A stretch of 64,000 nucleotides of DNA from Antedon mediterranea (GCF_964355755.1 NC_092676.1:9959888-10023887), one strand, 5' to 3'; shown: positions 37,401-49,379, numbered from the stretch's first letter. Notes: generated by a model not told the origin, from the letters alone. Program-made: numbers and translations.

Positions 37401-38554
37401 CCACCTGGTCTTTTGAAACCCGACCTGTTGCCACCCGGCCTTTTGCCACCCGGCTTTTTGCCACTCCCAGCCTTTTGTGATTTCTGAGTATAATTTGCAC
37501 TTCTTAATTAGGCCTGCAATTAAATTAAAATGTTTATGAAACAGAAATCAATGTAGTTTTAATTTTTAGGCTATTCGGAAAGTTTTTAAAGTCACATATC
37601 ATGTTTACCACTTAATGGTTTGTATTTATCTATATATTAGCCCAGAGACGCTACGCTCCTTTGTCGCAATCATCCCAGTTTGTAACAGACCGGGTGGAAA
37701 CTGGGCGGGTTGCAACAGGCCGGGTAGCAACAGGCCGGGTGGCAAATAGCCGGGTGGCAAATAGCCGGGTGGCAAATAGCCTAGTGTGGCAATGGACCGG
37801 GTGGCAAAAGACCGGTTGGCTGAAGGCCCGGTGGCAAAGGGCCGGGTGGCAAAAGTTTGGGTGACAATGGGCCGGGTGGAAAAGGGCCAGGTGGCAACGG
37901 GACTAAACCAGAATCAAGCATAATATACGAGTTGCGTCAAATTATTGAGCAAAATGTTATAAATAAACTTAATTGTTATTATAAATGGTTTTAATGTATT
38001 TTTAGGGCTGGACACAAGAGAAGGTAAAGCTCCATCTAGAAAGATCTATTTTAGTGGATCTAAAAGAGTGCAATTATGTATTTGACATCGAGGACACCAT
38101 GGATGATGTACTACTAATCCAGGGATCTGCAATAAACGCACATTCACGTGATGAGTTATTTGCTCCTTGTGTTATTAACAGAAATGTCCACAGATTACAA
38201 TTTTCACGTGATCAAGAGCCAGAACCAAAATTGATGGTAGTTTTAAACACAGACATTGTAGCGACAGAGTTGGAAGTTGTGACGTCTTGCCTTGATATAC
38301 ATGGAGCAAAATCTGAAACACACAGTCATTTGTGTTCAGAACACAATCTACGGAAAAGATCAAAATCATTGGCTGTTGGAGAAGAAGATGACTTTGTAGA
38401 GAGCAGAATGGATTCAAATCGATTCCGAAACAACAAGATAGCGCCACAACTTTTAAACCACCAGCATCCTCGGAGTCTTGGTCCACTAACTAGAGGAAGT
38501 ATCTCACTTTACACAGAAACACCAAGTATAAGAAAAGACGATGAAATCGTTTAA
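10029..38554 (+). CDS. SLC9C1: Sperm-type voltage-gated, cyclic-nucleotide-modulated Na+/H+ exchanger (SLC9C1/sNHE-like); 19 exons, about 1248 aa
   Basis: Exons with GT-AG ends and consistent phases: 10029-10191, 10851-11077, 11443-11608, 12035-12151, 15614-15884, 15979-16122, 21112-21377, 25939-26120, 26431-26586, 27102-27260, 27489-27755, 33382-33570, 33930-34131, 34791-34939, 35199-35324, 35597-35695, 36215-36391, 36890-37027, 38006-38554 (3747 nt). Motifs: NHE SATDPVAV, GESLLNDG, WGGLRGAVGLAL; voltage-sensor S4 VLKIPKLFRTFRSLRMLRLVK; CNBD GEMGLLTGKPRNATV. The start ATG is inferred from in-frame stops upstream. Confidence 0.93.
11819..11973. mobile_element. Small Harbinger-like MITE (second copy at 35403-35521)
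   Basis: TIR AGCTCTGTCTACACTATCAAA / TTTGATAGTGTAGACAGAGCT. Confidence 0.75.
13033..14846 (+). repeat. Head-to-tail duplication of a ~0.9-kb element with a long 5' palindrome and a tRNA-like segment
   Basis: Units 13033-13895 and 13896-14846 are near-identical. Hairpin at 13925-14069. A-box/B-box-like TGGCGCAGCGG...GTTCAAGATCC near 14540-14604. Confidence 0.85.
14978..15165 (+). mobile_element. Left end of a Harbinger-like repeat (also at 16572-17320 and 39348)
   Basis: GTGGCCGTATTCACCAATCTCACTTAAG...; about 190 bp shared with the 16572 copy. Confidence 0.6.
16733..17279. mobile_element. TTAA-inserting (Kolobok-like) MITE
   Basis: TIR ATGTATTGTCCC / GGGACAATACATCT followed by TTAA. It interrupts the repeat at the TTAA seen intact in the 14978 copy; a related end lies near 62422. 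Confidence 0.65.
17476..20397. mobile_element. Non-autonomous TTAA-inserting (Kolobok-like) DNA transposon, ~2.9 kb
   Basis: TTAA-AATGGATATGAAAAG ... CTTTCATATCCATT-TTAA; no long ORF. Confidence 0.6.
21383..21735 (-). mobile_element. 5S rRNA-derived SINE (SINE3-type) with a CR1/L2-like tail
   Basis: 5S head 21620-21735, ~170-bp body, tail TCAAACCTGTTAGTGGCGGTAATTATCGCTGTTGGTT plus A-rich repeats, matching the LINE tail at 48733-48800. Confidence 0.85.
21620..21735 (-). pseudogene. 5S rRNA-derived sequence (SINE head, not a functional 5S gene)
   Basis: Reverse complement ATATACGGTTTACCACGTTGAAACACCGGTTCTCGTCAGATCACCGATATTAAGCAACGTTGGGCCTGGTTAGAGCTTGGATGGGAGACCATCTGGGAATAGCGGGTGCTGTATAC aligns with metazoan 5S; no T-run terminator. 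Confidence 0.9.
21890..22210 (+). repeat. Dispersed repeat, second copy at ~39530-39850
   Basis: Both copies share TTTTAACCAC.TGATGTAACC.TGTTTACTAATTAAATTGAG...GATCGTGGTATACACTG. Confidence 0.75.
23754..23794 (-). ncRNA. Minimal type I hammerhead ribozyme, G3-C8 variant
   Basis: Reverse complement: TTGC GTGAACA A GGCTACT AAA AGTAGCT GAAA CG TA GCAA. Confidence 0.7.
23832..25649. mobile_element. Mutator-like (MULE/foldback) non-autonomous element with GGACAACTACCCCC subterminal tandem repeats
   Basis: Repeats point forward at 23840-24300 and inverted at 25390-25645; flanking direct repeat GTCGTAGTT (9-12 bp). Confidence 0.8.
24937..25320. mobile_element. MULE-like MITE with an internal ~22-bp tandem repeat
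   Basis: TIR GGGTGTTTCGAAACTAGAGACCCGAGACCAGAGACC; 9-bp TSD GTTAAAAAC; internal (ATACGAAAAGGGAGACCCAAAT)n. Confidence 0.9.
26608..27026 (+). mobile_element. Palindrome-headed non-autonomous element (second copy ~34343-34648)
   Basis: 5' hairpin centred on GAGGC(G/A)AA(A/G)CC; 3' end CCAATCAAATGACAGGAATTTAT.TAGGTG.TATATAA. Confidence 0.7.
28068..28111 (-). ncRNA. Type I hammerhead ribozyme motif (C3-G8) in a Penelope-like terminal-repeat remnant (~28020-28378) next to (TA)n
   Basis: Reverse complement: GCAC CTGAAGA T TGAGT TCAT ACTCA T GAAA CAGCCTG TA GTGC, followed by AATAAA. Confidence 0.7.
28379..28420. repeat. (TA)21 microsatellite
   Basis: Read directly from the sequence. Confidence 0.95.
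28925..31621 (+). mobile_element. Academ (AcademX) DNA transposon derivative with ~1.15-kb inverted arms
   Basis: 5'-TAG...CTA-3' termini; 3-bp TSD TAT. The centre encodes an XPG/H3TH-like ILGLHAFTKCSTTSAFKGKGK. 28925-~30077 is the reverse complement of ~30416-31621. Confidence 0.85.
31622..33183 (-). CDS. LINE reverse transcriptase (partial ORF2; endonuclease lost)
   Basis: About 520 open codons; the native end NRKSRR* is restored when the Academ insertion is removed. Confidence 0.85.
37324..37910. mobile_element. MULE-like MITE with 15-bp subterminal repeats
   Basis: TTGCCACCCGGCC repeats on the left, CCGGGTGGCAA on the right; near-TSD GAACCAAGC/GAATCAAGC. Confidence 0.8.
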
Positions 38555-38660
38555 AAAGATCTGAACAGTAAATATTAATGTAAAAGCCTACTGTGGGAAG
38601 TTAATTTATAAAATACACAATTTATTTTTAATGTTGTAAAGTAGGCCTACTAAAAGAATC

Positions 38661-38666
38661 AATAAA
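38661..38666 (+). promoter_or_regulatory. Candidate polyadenylation signal of the SLC9C1-like gene
   Basis: AATAAA about 105 bp after the stop codon. Confidence 0.45.
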
Positions 38667-40797
38667 AATATATATTCTGTGATAGTTTACTTCAATGTAT
38701 TTACTGTACTTGCATCTACACTATAGATAAAATGACAATGTTCGCAAACTTCAAAAAAAAGAAAACACACATTTAGTAAAAGATGATAGACTAGAAACAA
38801 TAATGGTAATATCATTATTCATGGGGAGACAACTAAAATGCATTCGTCATTGTTGTCTAAAGGAATCTTTAATTGTCTAATGTAACCTCTGTTAATACTA
38901 AAATGCCAGGCTGAGCAAAATTAGTCTGTTTTCAACACTTTAACCAAAGCTGGTCCTGTAATTGATTAATTATTTGGCGTACAATAGAATGTGTCACACT
39001 CCAATATACAGTACCATCAATTTATAGGCGGGGTATTATGCAGAAATAGTCAATGGTTTATATAATAAAATAGTTTTTTTGTAAAGAATTAGTTTAGATC
39101 CTAATGGTACTACAACATTCAATTTGCTTTCTCAAGTAGTAGACTGTTGATATAGGTTACAGTCTGTTAATACGTCACCTTGGTGTTTTTTAGAGCGCTG
39201 TGTTTTGTTGCGACAATAATATCTCTATGGTAAGTAGTTTTGTTGGCGAATGGTGTATATCAGGGAGGCTTCCTTAATGTGTATAAATGAAGAATTTTTT
39301 TTTGATATAGTGAGTACGTTTGTCGGCGGCTGTACGAGGAAGGTTATGTGGCCGTATTCACCAACCTCACAGTTTTCCGTTTGATCACTGCAGGTAAACA
39401 AGTTTTTGTATGCTGCTGTGTTGATGGAACAAACGTTCCATTTTCAAATCGTTAAAGTTTAAAATAAATAACGATAAAATTGATTGAGCCAGACCGCAAA
39501 TATTCGCTCATTTTTACGCGATCTTCGATGGTTTTAACCACTTGATGTAACCGTGTTTACTAATTAAATTGAGTGAGATAATTAGTTATTGACAATTTAA
39601 ACTAATTCAGGTTGAACGATTTGCCCCAAATAGGGTTTTTTCCGATCGTGGTATACACTGCCCAATAGATGTCCATCTTGAAAAATACCCGCACACATAA
39701 TTCGAGGATGCTTCTCATTTACCAATCTCCTTATACAATAATTGTTTTTAATGGCTGGAAACCTGTTATATAGCTCCAGTACTGCAGCAGCATGTTAAGG
39801 ACAGACCGACCGACAAAACTATTTTAATAGATTTTATATACGTTAAAACACCCCTATTGATCGATAAATTTATACATAAATCATTATTTTTGATGCGCAA
39901 ATTTCTTACTGAGTGCGGGTACTGTTAGATATATAATAGACTAGGCATTTCGTTTTAAAAGCAAAAAAACATGTTTTAAGGTAATTTTGTGGTGCAGAAT
40001 TCAAATGTAACTGGATCAATTTTTAGATCTTCACCCTTAAAATGTGAAAAACAAAATGGCCGCCATTTCAGACTCATTTTGGCTTATAACTTAACTTTTA
40101 AGTGACGTAGCAAGTTAAAAAAGATGTCTATACCTATGTTTTATGATACTGAAGATTCCAAATATATCGTTATTAAAAAGTTGTAAATATTCTTTTTTAG
40201 CCGCCATGTTGAAATCCAAGATGGCCACTATTTACAACGTATTTTGGCTTATAACTTGATAATAAAATAACACATTCAAAAACAAATTTGAAAACAAAAA
40301 CAAAATCAACAAGCGAGCGGCGTTTTTTTGTAAGAAATATTTCTTGTTCTAAAATGTATTATACATAACCAATCTGTATATAATTATAGGTGGCGCTGCG
40401 TGGACGGTAGGTGGCGCTGAGTGGTTGCTAGGCAACCAAAAAATGTGTTTAACCTGCCTGAGTGACTTCACCAATGGTTTGGAATAGTCTTATTGAAGTA
40501 GTCATTTTAAAATTTAATTTTGTTTGTTTTTGGTTTGCCACCAACCACGCAGTGCCATCTATCGTTGTGATGTCACACCGCAGAACTTTATACATTTTAT
40601 AAAGTACATGTTATATTCTGTATATGCTGTGTTTGTTTTTCCTTTTTTCCTTTTTTTTCTTTTAAAAATATTTAATATTCTATCAATGGTATAATACATC
40701 AGTTAAGTAATACACTATTGACTTATACAACATTGTTTTATGAATGATTGAATTATGGTTCAACTGCACATATTAACGTACTATCAGGTATTACAGA

Positions 40798-40918
40798 TGT
40801 AGTGTATTGACCACATACATCATACTGTAAATAGTTATGCTGCCCTCTGTTGTTCATTAAAGTAATCTCTCTCTATAAAATGGATACCGAGCCTGAGTCA
40901 TGTGTATGATACATCACA
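40798..40918 (+). repeat. 5' LTR
   Basis: Identical by eye to 46651-46771. Confidence 0.95.
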
Positions 40919-41010
40919 ATTGGTGACGAGAATATAACGGAAAGCGCGTCATAAGAAGATTAATCTGTGGGTAAGAATATTCAATAGTTAATATTCTACA
41001 ATCTGCTAAG

Positions 41011-44000
41011 ATGAGTACTATAATTGGTAGACTCGATCCGTATGACGGCGAGGCAGAGGACTGGGCCTCCTATGTGGAAAGGTTAGAGGCATATTTCATG
41101 GCAAACGGCGTGGATGACGACAAGCGTGTACCTACGTTACTCAGCTTGATAGGGCCTAAGACTTACGGTCTTCTGAAGAACTTAGTAGCACCTGATTTAC
41201 CATCAACCAAAACATTTCCGGAACTTGTGGATTCGTTGGAAAGGCATCTGAGTCCTAAACCTCTAGTTATAGCTGAAAGATTCAGGTTTCACAAACGTGA
41301 GCAGCATGAAGGTGAAACAATCCAGGCCTATTTAGCGGATTTACGACGCCTCACCAAACACTGTGAATTTGGAGCACAGCTAAATGACGCCCTGCGGGAT
41401 CGTCTTGTTTGCGGAATTAGGTCAGGCAGTATACAAAAAAGACTGTTGGCTGAGGCAAAGCTTACATTAGCGAAAGCGCTACAAATGGCAGTTGCTATGG
41501 AAACTGCAACGAAGGATGCTTCGCTACTACAACAACAGTTTAAAGGGGGGGTTCCGGGTTTAAAATGAATAGTAAAAAATGTAAAATATATTTGTTTGTC
41601 TCTTGAACGGTAAAAGTTTCAATTTATATAAGCGCCCAGTGAAGCAGAACGAAGGCTGTGAAATCAGGCCAGATTACAAGTGCAGCTACGGCAAAATCAC
41701 ACTGTGGTTACAAAATAGGAAATTCGTGAAATGGTCCATCTTCCGACGACTCGTTATCATAAACCATATCAATTACTTTTGTAAAATTATACTTATCTGA
41801 TGTAATTTTAGTTGGTCTTCCCATTTATAAAGTCAATTTTTTATGAAAATTCATCAAAACAGTGAAAAATTAGATATGTTTGCACTTTACGTTTGCCGAT
41901 TTTCGCACCGACTTAGGGAAAAATCAAAATCAATGAAGCGTAACGTATACTGTACATTCCTGCTGAGGATCGAGCGAGACGACGATATACACGTGCTCTC
42001 TCTGCTGCCCATGCCTGGCATCGTCACGTGATAAGCAGATACAACAATACCAAACTGGTCGGGTCGAGTATACCCCGTCTATAATCACAACATGAACGAT
42101 GTACAGTATTTGATTGAAGGTCGACTTGACCTACCGGAATGGTATAGATAATATAGCTCGAATGAGAGAGTTGGAATATTTGTGTAGTGCAGCCTATAGT
42201 AAAAGGCCTGGTAGTATCAATTCGCATAGGGTCTACTACACTAGCTAGCTCAATTTTTAACTGGGCCGGATCGGCTAGGTCTCCTTCCTACTACCTGGTC
42301 TACTTGCTTGATGCATGAGTATCCGCTTTTTTGGAGAGTAAACTAAGCCTATTTTATTTTAGGCCTACTTAGACGATCGGGACACCATACGTGTGGACGG
42401 CGATCGGACCTTGTTTTGCTTCAATATTTACAGCCGATTTTGTAGAACGTTTTAGGTTTAGATTGTTTAGGAGTTTGGTTGATAGTAGGATGGGTTTTGT
42501 TATTTATGGGCCAATCGTCTAGTAGTAGGCTAGCTAGGCCCATGGGCCCCATTGTTTTAACGTAGCCATCGTGGCATGGAATCCCTAGTCAGAATGGCTC
42601 TCGCCCATATTATTATTAGGCTAGGCCTAGAGTAGTATTGTACGTGAAGCCGATAATACGATCTGTACTATAGAGGTATAAAAATAGTATAATTTATGAC
42701 TCCGTATCTGTACTAAATTTTGTATTTCATTAAATGTCAAATAAATATATGCTACTACTGTTATTATTACACTTTAGGCCTAGCTTAGAAAATCTACAAA
42801 AAATGTATTTCACAATGATCGGGTGGTCGTCGTTTGACAGGGGAGAGAGATGTAAATTAGTTGACAAACACAACGTACATGACGTCGTGAGTTTGGAATC
42901 CACTGGTGACGTGATTTTGTGAATATCTCATGAATATTAATGAGCTTCCCTAAGCTGCTGAAAAACAGACTTTCCATGAATTTACCCTAAAATGTATATG
43001 AAATTTAATTTTTTTAATTTCTCGTTATTACTTCTTCATTCTGACATGTCTATATTGTTATAATATTTTTTATTTAATAAATAAACGATATTTAAAAGCA
43101 ATTTTAAACCCAGAATCCCCCTTTAAAGAAGAACCACAGAGTACTGTGAACAAGATAAACGTGAAACACTATAATAAGCAGCAATTATGTTATCGCTGCA
43201 ACAAGGGTGGTCATAAGGCAAACGACTGCCGGTACAAAGAAGTTGAGTGCCATAACTGTAAAAAGAAGGGACATATCAAGGCTGCATGCCGGAGTAAATC
43301 AAAACAAACACCACACCAAACTAAGAAGGGTAAGCGAGTGAATGTTGTTGATGAAGTTGAAGACAACCTTCTAGCCATGATGTATGTTAATAATGTAGAC
43401 GTTGGGAAATCAGTGAAGATAAAACCAACGATAGATAATATCCCATTGGACATGATAGTGGATACTGGCAGTGCACTCTCGTTGATTTCGACAGAAGATT
43501 TTGAGAAATATTTTAGGAATACAGACTTGTTGCCGACCAAAGTTCAACTTAGAACTTATACTGGAGAAGAAGTAAAGACAAAAGGGTATTTGAAGGCCAA
43601 AGTAGAATACAACGGACAGAAACACGATGGAAAACTATATGTAGTAGAAAGAGGTGGACCCCCGTTGTTTGGTCGTCAGTGGTTGACACATATCAAGTTA
43701 GACTGGGCCAGCATCTTCACAGTGAAGGCTGACCACAACAAAGCTGATGTACCAGCAATACTGAATAAATTTCCAAAACTCTTTAACAAAATTGGAAAGG
43801 TGAATGGGGTAAAAGGTAAACTTACCTTACAGGATGGAGCACAACCAGTTTTTATTAAGGCAAGGAATGTACCATATGCACTTCGACCTGCAGTTGAAGC
43901 CGAATTAAGGAACCTCGAGAGTCAGGGAATCATCACCCCGATTCAAACTAGTGATTGGGCAACCCCAATAGTGCCTGTACCAAAAAGTAATGGAGATGTC

Positions 44001-46447
44001 AGGTTGTGTGGAGACTACAAAGTTACAGTAAATCCAAAGTTAAAAGTGGACTGCTACCCTCTTCCAAGAATCGAGGATGTTTTCGCAACCTTAGCGGGTG
44101 GACAGAAGTTCACCAAACTAGATTTGAAACAAGCATATTTACATTTAGAGATGGAAGAAGAATCCAGAAACATGCTGACCATAAATACACACAAAGGGCT
44201 ATTCCAGTTTAATCGACTAGCGTATGGCATTGCATCTGCTCCTGCCATATGGCAGCGGACCATGGAACAAATCCTGAATGGTATTCCGGGAGTCCAGTGT
44301 CTACTTGATGACATGATTATTACTGGCACTACTCATGAAGAACATTTAAGGAATCTAGAAAAAGTATTAAAGGTTCTCAGTGATAGAGGACTGTACCTCA
44401 ATGACAAGAAGTGTGAATTCTTCAAAGAAAAGGTCGTTTTTTGTGGTCATGTGATAGATAAAAATGGATTACATAAAACTGAGGACAAGATTGAAGCTGT
44501 TAGAAATGCTCCCAAACCTACAACCGTAAGTGAACTCAGATCATTCTTGGGATTGATCCACTATTACCATCGATTCCTGAAAGACTTAGCTACAGAAATT
44601 CATCCGTTGAATAAACTGTTAGAGAAAAAGGAAAAATGGACATGGACAAAGGATTGCGAGATGGCGTTTAATAAAGCCAAACAACTTGTGACTGCAGATA
44701 ATGTGTTAACACATTATGACCCAACATTGCCTGTTAAGCTAGCTACAGATGCTTCTCCATATGGCTTAGGAGCCATATTGTCACACAACATTGATGGAGT
44801 CGAACGACCAATCGCCTATGCATCGAGGACCTTGAGCGCAGCGGAGAAGAATTACTCTCACATTGAGCTCTTGGCATAGTATGGGGAGTAAAGAAATTTA
44901 CCAGTTACTTGATTGGTCGAAAGTTCACCTTAGTTACAGACAATAAACCACTTACGTACATCTTCAATACATCGAGGGCTATTCCTGCCACAGCAGCTGC
45001 AAGATTAACTCGCCAGGCAATTTACTTGTCAGGATTCAATTACGAGATTGAATACAAGAAAGGTGAAAACCACAAAAATGTAGATGGACTTTCACGACTA
45101 CCATTAGCAAATACTGAAGCTAATGCTGAGGATCCGGTTGAGGTGTTTCACACTATGCAGTTTCAACCACTTCCTGTAACAAGTGCCCAGGTCAAGATTG
45201 AGACATTACACAACCCAACAATGTCAAAGGTGTATGATTACACAATGAAGGGTTGGCCTAAGAGCTGTGATCCGGAATTTGAACCATTCCATAGACGACG
45301 TGATGAACTGTCAATTTTTGATGGATGTTTGCTATGGGGTACGCGAATCATTGTTCCACCAAAATTCAGAGCAAGAGTACTTGACGAGTTACATGAAGGA
45401 CATTTGGGCATTGTAAAAATGAAGTCCTTGGCAAGGAGCTATGTTTGGTGGCCGAGAGTGGATGCTGACATAGAGAAATTAGCAAAAACCTGTAGTGGAT
45501 GCCAAAAGACACTGCATGAACCTCAGAAATCACCCCTACATCCATGGCAGTGGCCGAGCAGTCCGTGGGAACGTATCCACATCGACTATGCGGGACCAAT
45601 AAACAACATAATGTATCTGGTAGTTGTGGATGCACAATCCAAGTGGCCTGAGGTATTGCCTACGACCACAGCGACATCAAGCAAATCAATAACTCTGTTG
45701 CGTGATTTATTTGCGAGGTATGGACTACCAAATCAGTTGGTATCGGACAATGGTCCGCAATTTGTGTCAGAAGAATTTGAAATGTTTCTCAAGAATAATG
45801 GTATTAGACACATCAAATCAGCACCATACCACCCAGCAACCAATGGGTTAGCAGAACGTTTTGTGCAATCATTTAAAGGAGCACTCAAATCGGCAAAAGA
45901 AGGAAACGACACAAAACAAAAACTTGCAAACTTTCTATTAGCATATAGAAATGCCCAACACAACACAACTGGAATATCTCCAGCAATGATGTTTATTGGA
46001 AGACAACTACGCACCAGACTAGATTGCATTATACCTGACTTACGTCAAAAAGTTGAAAATAACCAGGAAAGCCAGAGAAAACCAACTAGCGAAAAGAAGC
46101 TTAGAGAATTCAAAGAAGGAGACAAAGTGTGTGTTCGTGACTATAGATCAAAGAGTCAGAAGTGGATAGTTGGAATTATTCATAGGAAAACTGGAAAGTT
46201 GTCATATGAAGTCAAAGTTGGACCAGACATGATTTGGAAAAGACACATTGATCAAATCCTAAGCAGTGGCTTAACACTAGATCTAGAGACACCTCCAGAT
46301 ATAGATCCTGTTGATTTAGAACCAGCTATCTCAGCAACACCAACACCACCACCGGAAATACAACAACCAGTTGAGATTCCACAACAACCACCACTAAGGA
46401 GATACCCACAGAGGAACAGGAAACCACCTAACAGACTTGATTTATAA
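41011..46447 (+). pseudogene. gag-pol: Gypsy gag-pol polyprotein, disrupted by a MITE (41544-43122) and a frameshift near 44867
   Basis: Gag 41011-41543 rejoins in frame at 43127 (QQQFK-EEPQSTVNK). Two CCHC knuckles, protease IVDTGS, RT LLDD, RNase H TDAS, integrase HHCC and DDE. A small deletion in NYSHIE[KE]ALGIVWGVKKF shifts the frame. Confidence 0.92.
41544..43122. mobile_element. Kolobok-like non-autonomous DNA transposon inserted in gag
   Basis: TTAA TSD (41540-41543, 43123-43126); TIR AGGGGGGGTTCCGGGTTTAAAAT / ATTTTAAACCCAGAATCCCCCT. Confidence 0.9.
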
Positions 46448-46650
46448 TGGACCTTTAGACATAACTCAATACAGTTAACAATAATCATAATGATAACAAT
46501 ATAAATAATGAGACTACGGACACTTGAGATTGAAACACTTTATTATCAGAACAGTTTTAAAAAAAATAAATAAATCTTATAACGAGCAATATACCTTAAA
46601 GCTTAATGCTATTTAAAATGTTATTACCATTGAATCTAAAGGGGAAGAAT

Positions 46651-46771
46651 TGTAGTGTATTGACCACATACATCATACTGTAAATAGTTATGCTGCCCTC
46701 TGTTGTTCATTAAAGTAATCTCTCTCTATAAAATGGATACCGAGCCTGAGTCATGTGTATGATACATCACA
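46651..46771 (+). repeat. 3' LTR
   Basis: Preceded by the PPT and followed by TSD ACAGA. Confidence 0.95.
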
Positions 46772-47768
46772 ACAGAACTTCCAATTAAAGAATAACTGGA
46801 TTATAAGCGAGTTAGAAAAGGTATACAACAAGGAGTACCTGTAATTCAATGAAACTTCTGAATCGTATTCATACACTATGATGGGGGCAGATGAAGCTCC
46901 ACAGGACTTTAAAGATGTCATTCGTATTCCTATTATAGAAGAATAAAGGCGACCGTTGCATCTCTCTTCTCTCTATTGCTGGCATTATCGCTCGATTAAA
47001 AAAGCTTGCAGAAGACATCCTAACCATTTCACTGAGTGTATTCAGAGCCACGCCCTCAACCATAGACTTGGTTTTCATTATCCAACAAATTCAAGAGAAA
47101 ACAATAGAACAACACCGGAAATACTTCTAATCTAATTTGTAAATAATATTGACTTGTTTTATGTTCCCATAGGTTTGGCTTAATTTCTTCTTCATACGTG
47201 TTAACTACACAATTTGGTTAAATTCAAAACACACAACACTAAACTAACATCGTCTGGTACATCTAATACACATGCATTATGTTGTATGTACGCTTTATAC
47301 CAACAATATTTTGGCTGTTCACTGATTTAAATATAGCCTTGAAAATATCTTGGGTTTCTATAAAAATGTCCTGTCATATTGACCTTCCTAAACACTGGTT
47401 TTACTTTATTGTAATCGCGTCTTGATCACATGAGCTTTCTTTCCTAACAATTGAAATCATAACCGTAGATTGTTTTTTGTTCGTGGTCCCGTTTAGTCAA
47501 TATGAAGAGTGTGTTTTCAAGTGCCAAGTTGTCAAAAATCAGCCAATATAGTATGAATTCCAAGCTTTTGCTCAATAAAGCAGTAAGTAGTAACTCCTAT
47601 GCCCAGAACTTGATCATTGCATGCGCGTACTGCCATTATCGAAATAAGAGTTATCCCAGACATTTACTTGTAATAAAACAATGTCATGTTTTTCTTCATG
47701 ACATATTGTGTTATATCTATAAATCGAGATCAAGTCTCTGAATAAATCAGGACAGACAGACACAGACG

Positions 47769-48800
47769 CTCGATCCTTGGCCCTCTTTTATTTAATTTAT
47801 TTATCAACGATCTTCCTTTAAAATGTAATCATTCCGAGTCTCTTTTGTTTGCTGACGATCTGAAATTGTTTAAAGTGATTAACACTCCACATGATGCTTT
47901 TTCATTTCAGGAGGATCTGGAGGGTCTCATTGAATTGATGAATAAGTGGGGCTAAAACTTAATGCTAATAAATGCAAATATTTATCTATAACACTTTGAA
48001 AAAAGGCCTATGCTATTCAATCATAATTTGAATGGACATTATCTTGAGATAGTTTATGTACAGAAAGATTTAGGTATTTTTATTGATAGTAAATTAATTT
48101 TTTGTTCACATATTAAGCATGTGTTGTCAAAAGCTAATAGAATGATGGGCTTGATATAGAGAAATTGTAGGTTTAAATGAATGACGGCAGAGCACTTTTA
48201 TCTTTATACAAATCTATTATACGTCTTCGCTTCCAATATTGTTCCGTAATTTTCAATTCAGTTTCTCATTGTTCAATGGAAGTTTGTACGATTCCTGTCT
48301 TATAACTGTGTTAATTTTGCCTTTTCCATTGATTCTGTCAGCAATCGTCAAACGATATCTGATATGGTTTTTTAATATAATATTTTAAACTCTAAATATG
48401 ACTGTTCATTAATTTCGCTATTTAGTTTAAATGTCCCTGGTCGTACACGTAATAGACATTTTTTGCATATTCCCTTTAGCCGTGTCGACTGTACCAGGAG
48501 GGGCATTTTTCATAGACTACCATATACAATTAATAATCTAAATTGCAATCACATTGATATTTTTATAGATAGGCTTGGTTATTTTAAGAGGATTATGTGT
48601 TCACTTATTGAGCAGCCTGCATAACCTGTTTGATCAATTGAAACTGTTAATGGCATGCTGATCTATGTTTTTATATATATTAATATTTGTATTTTATTGT
48701 TAACAATTTTTGATGTTGTATTGTTTTATGATTCAAACCTGTTAGTGGCGGTATTTATCGCTGTTGGTTTTGATGGAATAAAATAAAAATAAACAATAAA
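47769..48800 (+). mobile_element. 5'-truncated, decayed CR1/L2-group LINE
   Basis: Remnant SILGP..FIND, LFADDLKL, KDLGIFIDSKL motifs with stops and frameshifts; the 3' tail is shared with the 5S SINE. Confidence 0.85.
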
Positions 48801-48948
48801 ATTATCTCAAAAGGAGAAGATCTTGCAAAACAGCAACCTTACCTTTTATAATCTTCATTAAAGAAAACAAAAACACAGGCTAGTAAGATAGAACTCCTCG
48901 ATTACATTCAATTTTTCTTTCTGCACTATGTACAATTACAATTGGTCA

Positions 48949-49063
48949 TTTTTAGTCGCGTGCAACGCGATCTTACAGCTCACTATGTCGGTCGGTTGGT
49001 CAGTCAGTTGGTAGGTAAACACTAACTTGAGCACGCGACTGCAGCCATATATATGGCCTTGTT
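48949..49063 (+). mobile_element. Helentron-associated (HINE/DINE-like) short element; other copies at 56957-57068 (+) and 62003-62108 (-)
   Basis: T-run, subterminal IR AGTCGCGTGC/GCACGCGACT, GTCG microsatellite, 3' hairpin GCCATATATATGGC, TT end. Confidence 0.75.
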
Positions 49064-49379
49064 AGCATGCAGCTAACTCTATGGTTTTACCTATTCGTCA
49101 TCTTATTTCAATTCAGCACATTTACCAATGCGTATGCCTACAGACTCTACCTATCGGGACGTTCTATGTTAATGTAACGAAAATCTCTGTTCTTCCGGGT
49201 TCGTTCCCTTTTGGGGGGAGGGGTCTGCGGTACTGTTATACACTCAAACAAAAGAGATAAATCAATTACAATTACAACTTGTGGAGTGGTCTCCTTTATT
49301 CTATCTATGATTCCAAATTATTGGTAACAACCGATTAAAATAATTAATTAGATTAGTTTTGATCTTACGCCGGACTTGA

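Larger units (their letters stand above)
40798..46771 (+). mobile_element. Ty3/Gypsy LTR retrotransposon, Mag-like clade, full length
   Basis: Identical 121-bp TG...CA LTRs; 5-bp TSD ACAGA; PBS TGGTGACGAG at 40921; PPT AAAGGGGAAGAAT at 46638-46650; gag-PR-RT-RH-IN order. Confidence 0.97.

Noticed and set aside
37661-37864. RVATG-repeat ORF
   Set aside because: Subterminal repeats of a MULE-like MITE.
43211-46488. Antisense and alternate-frame ORFs within pol (also 52506-54140 within Penelope)
   Set aside because: Shadow frames of real coding sequence.
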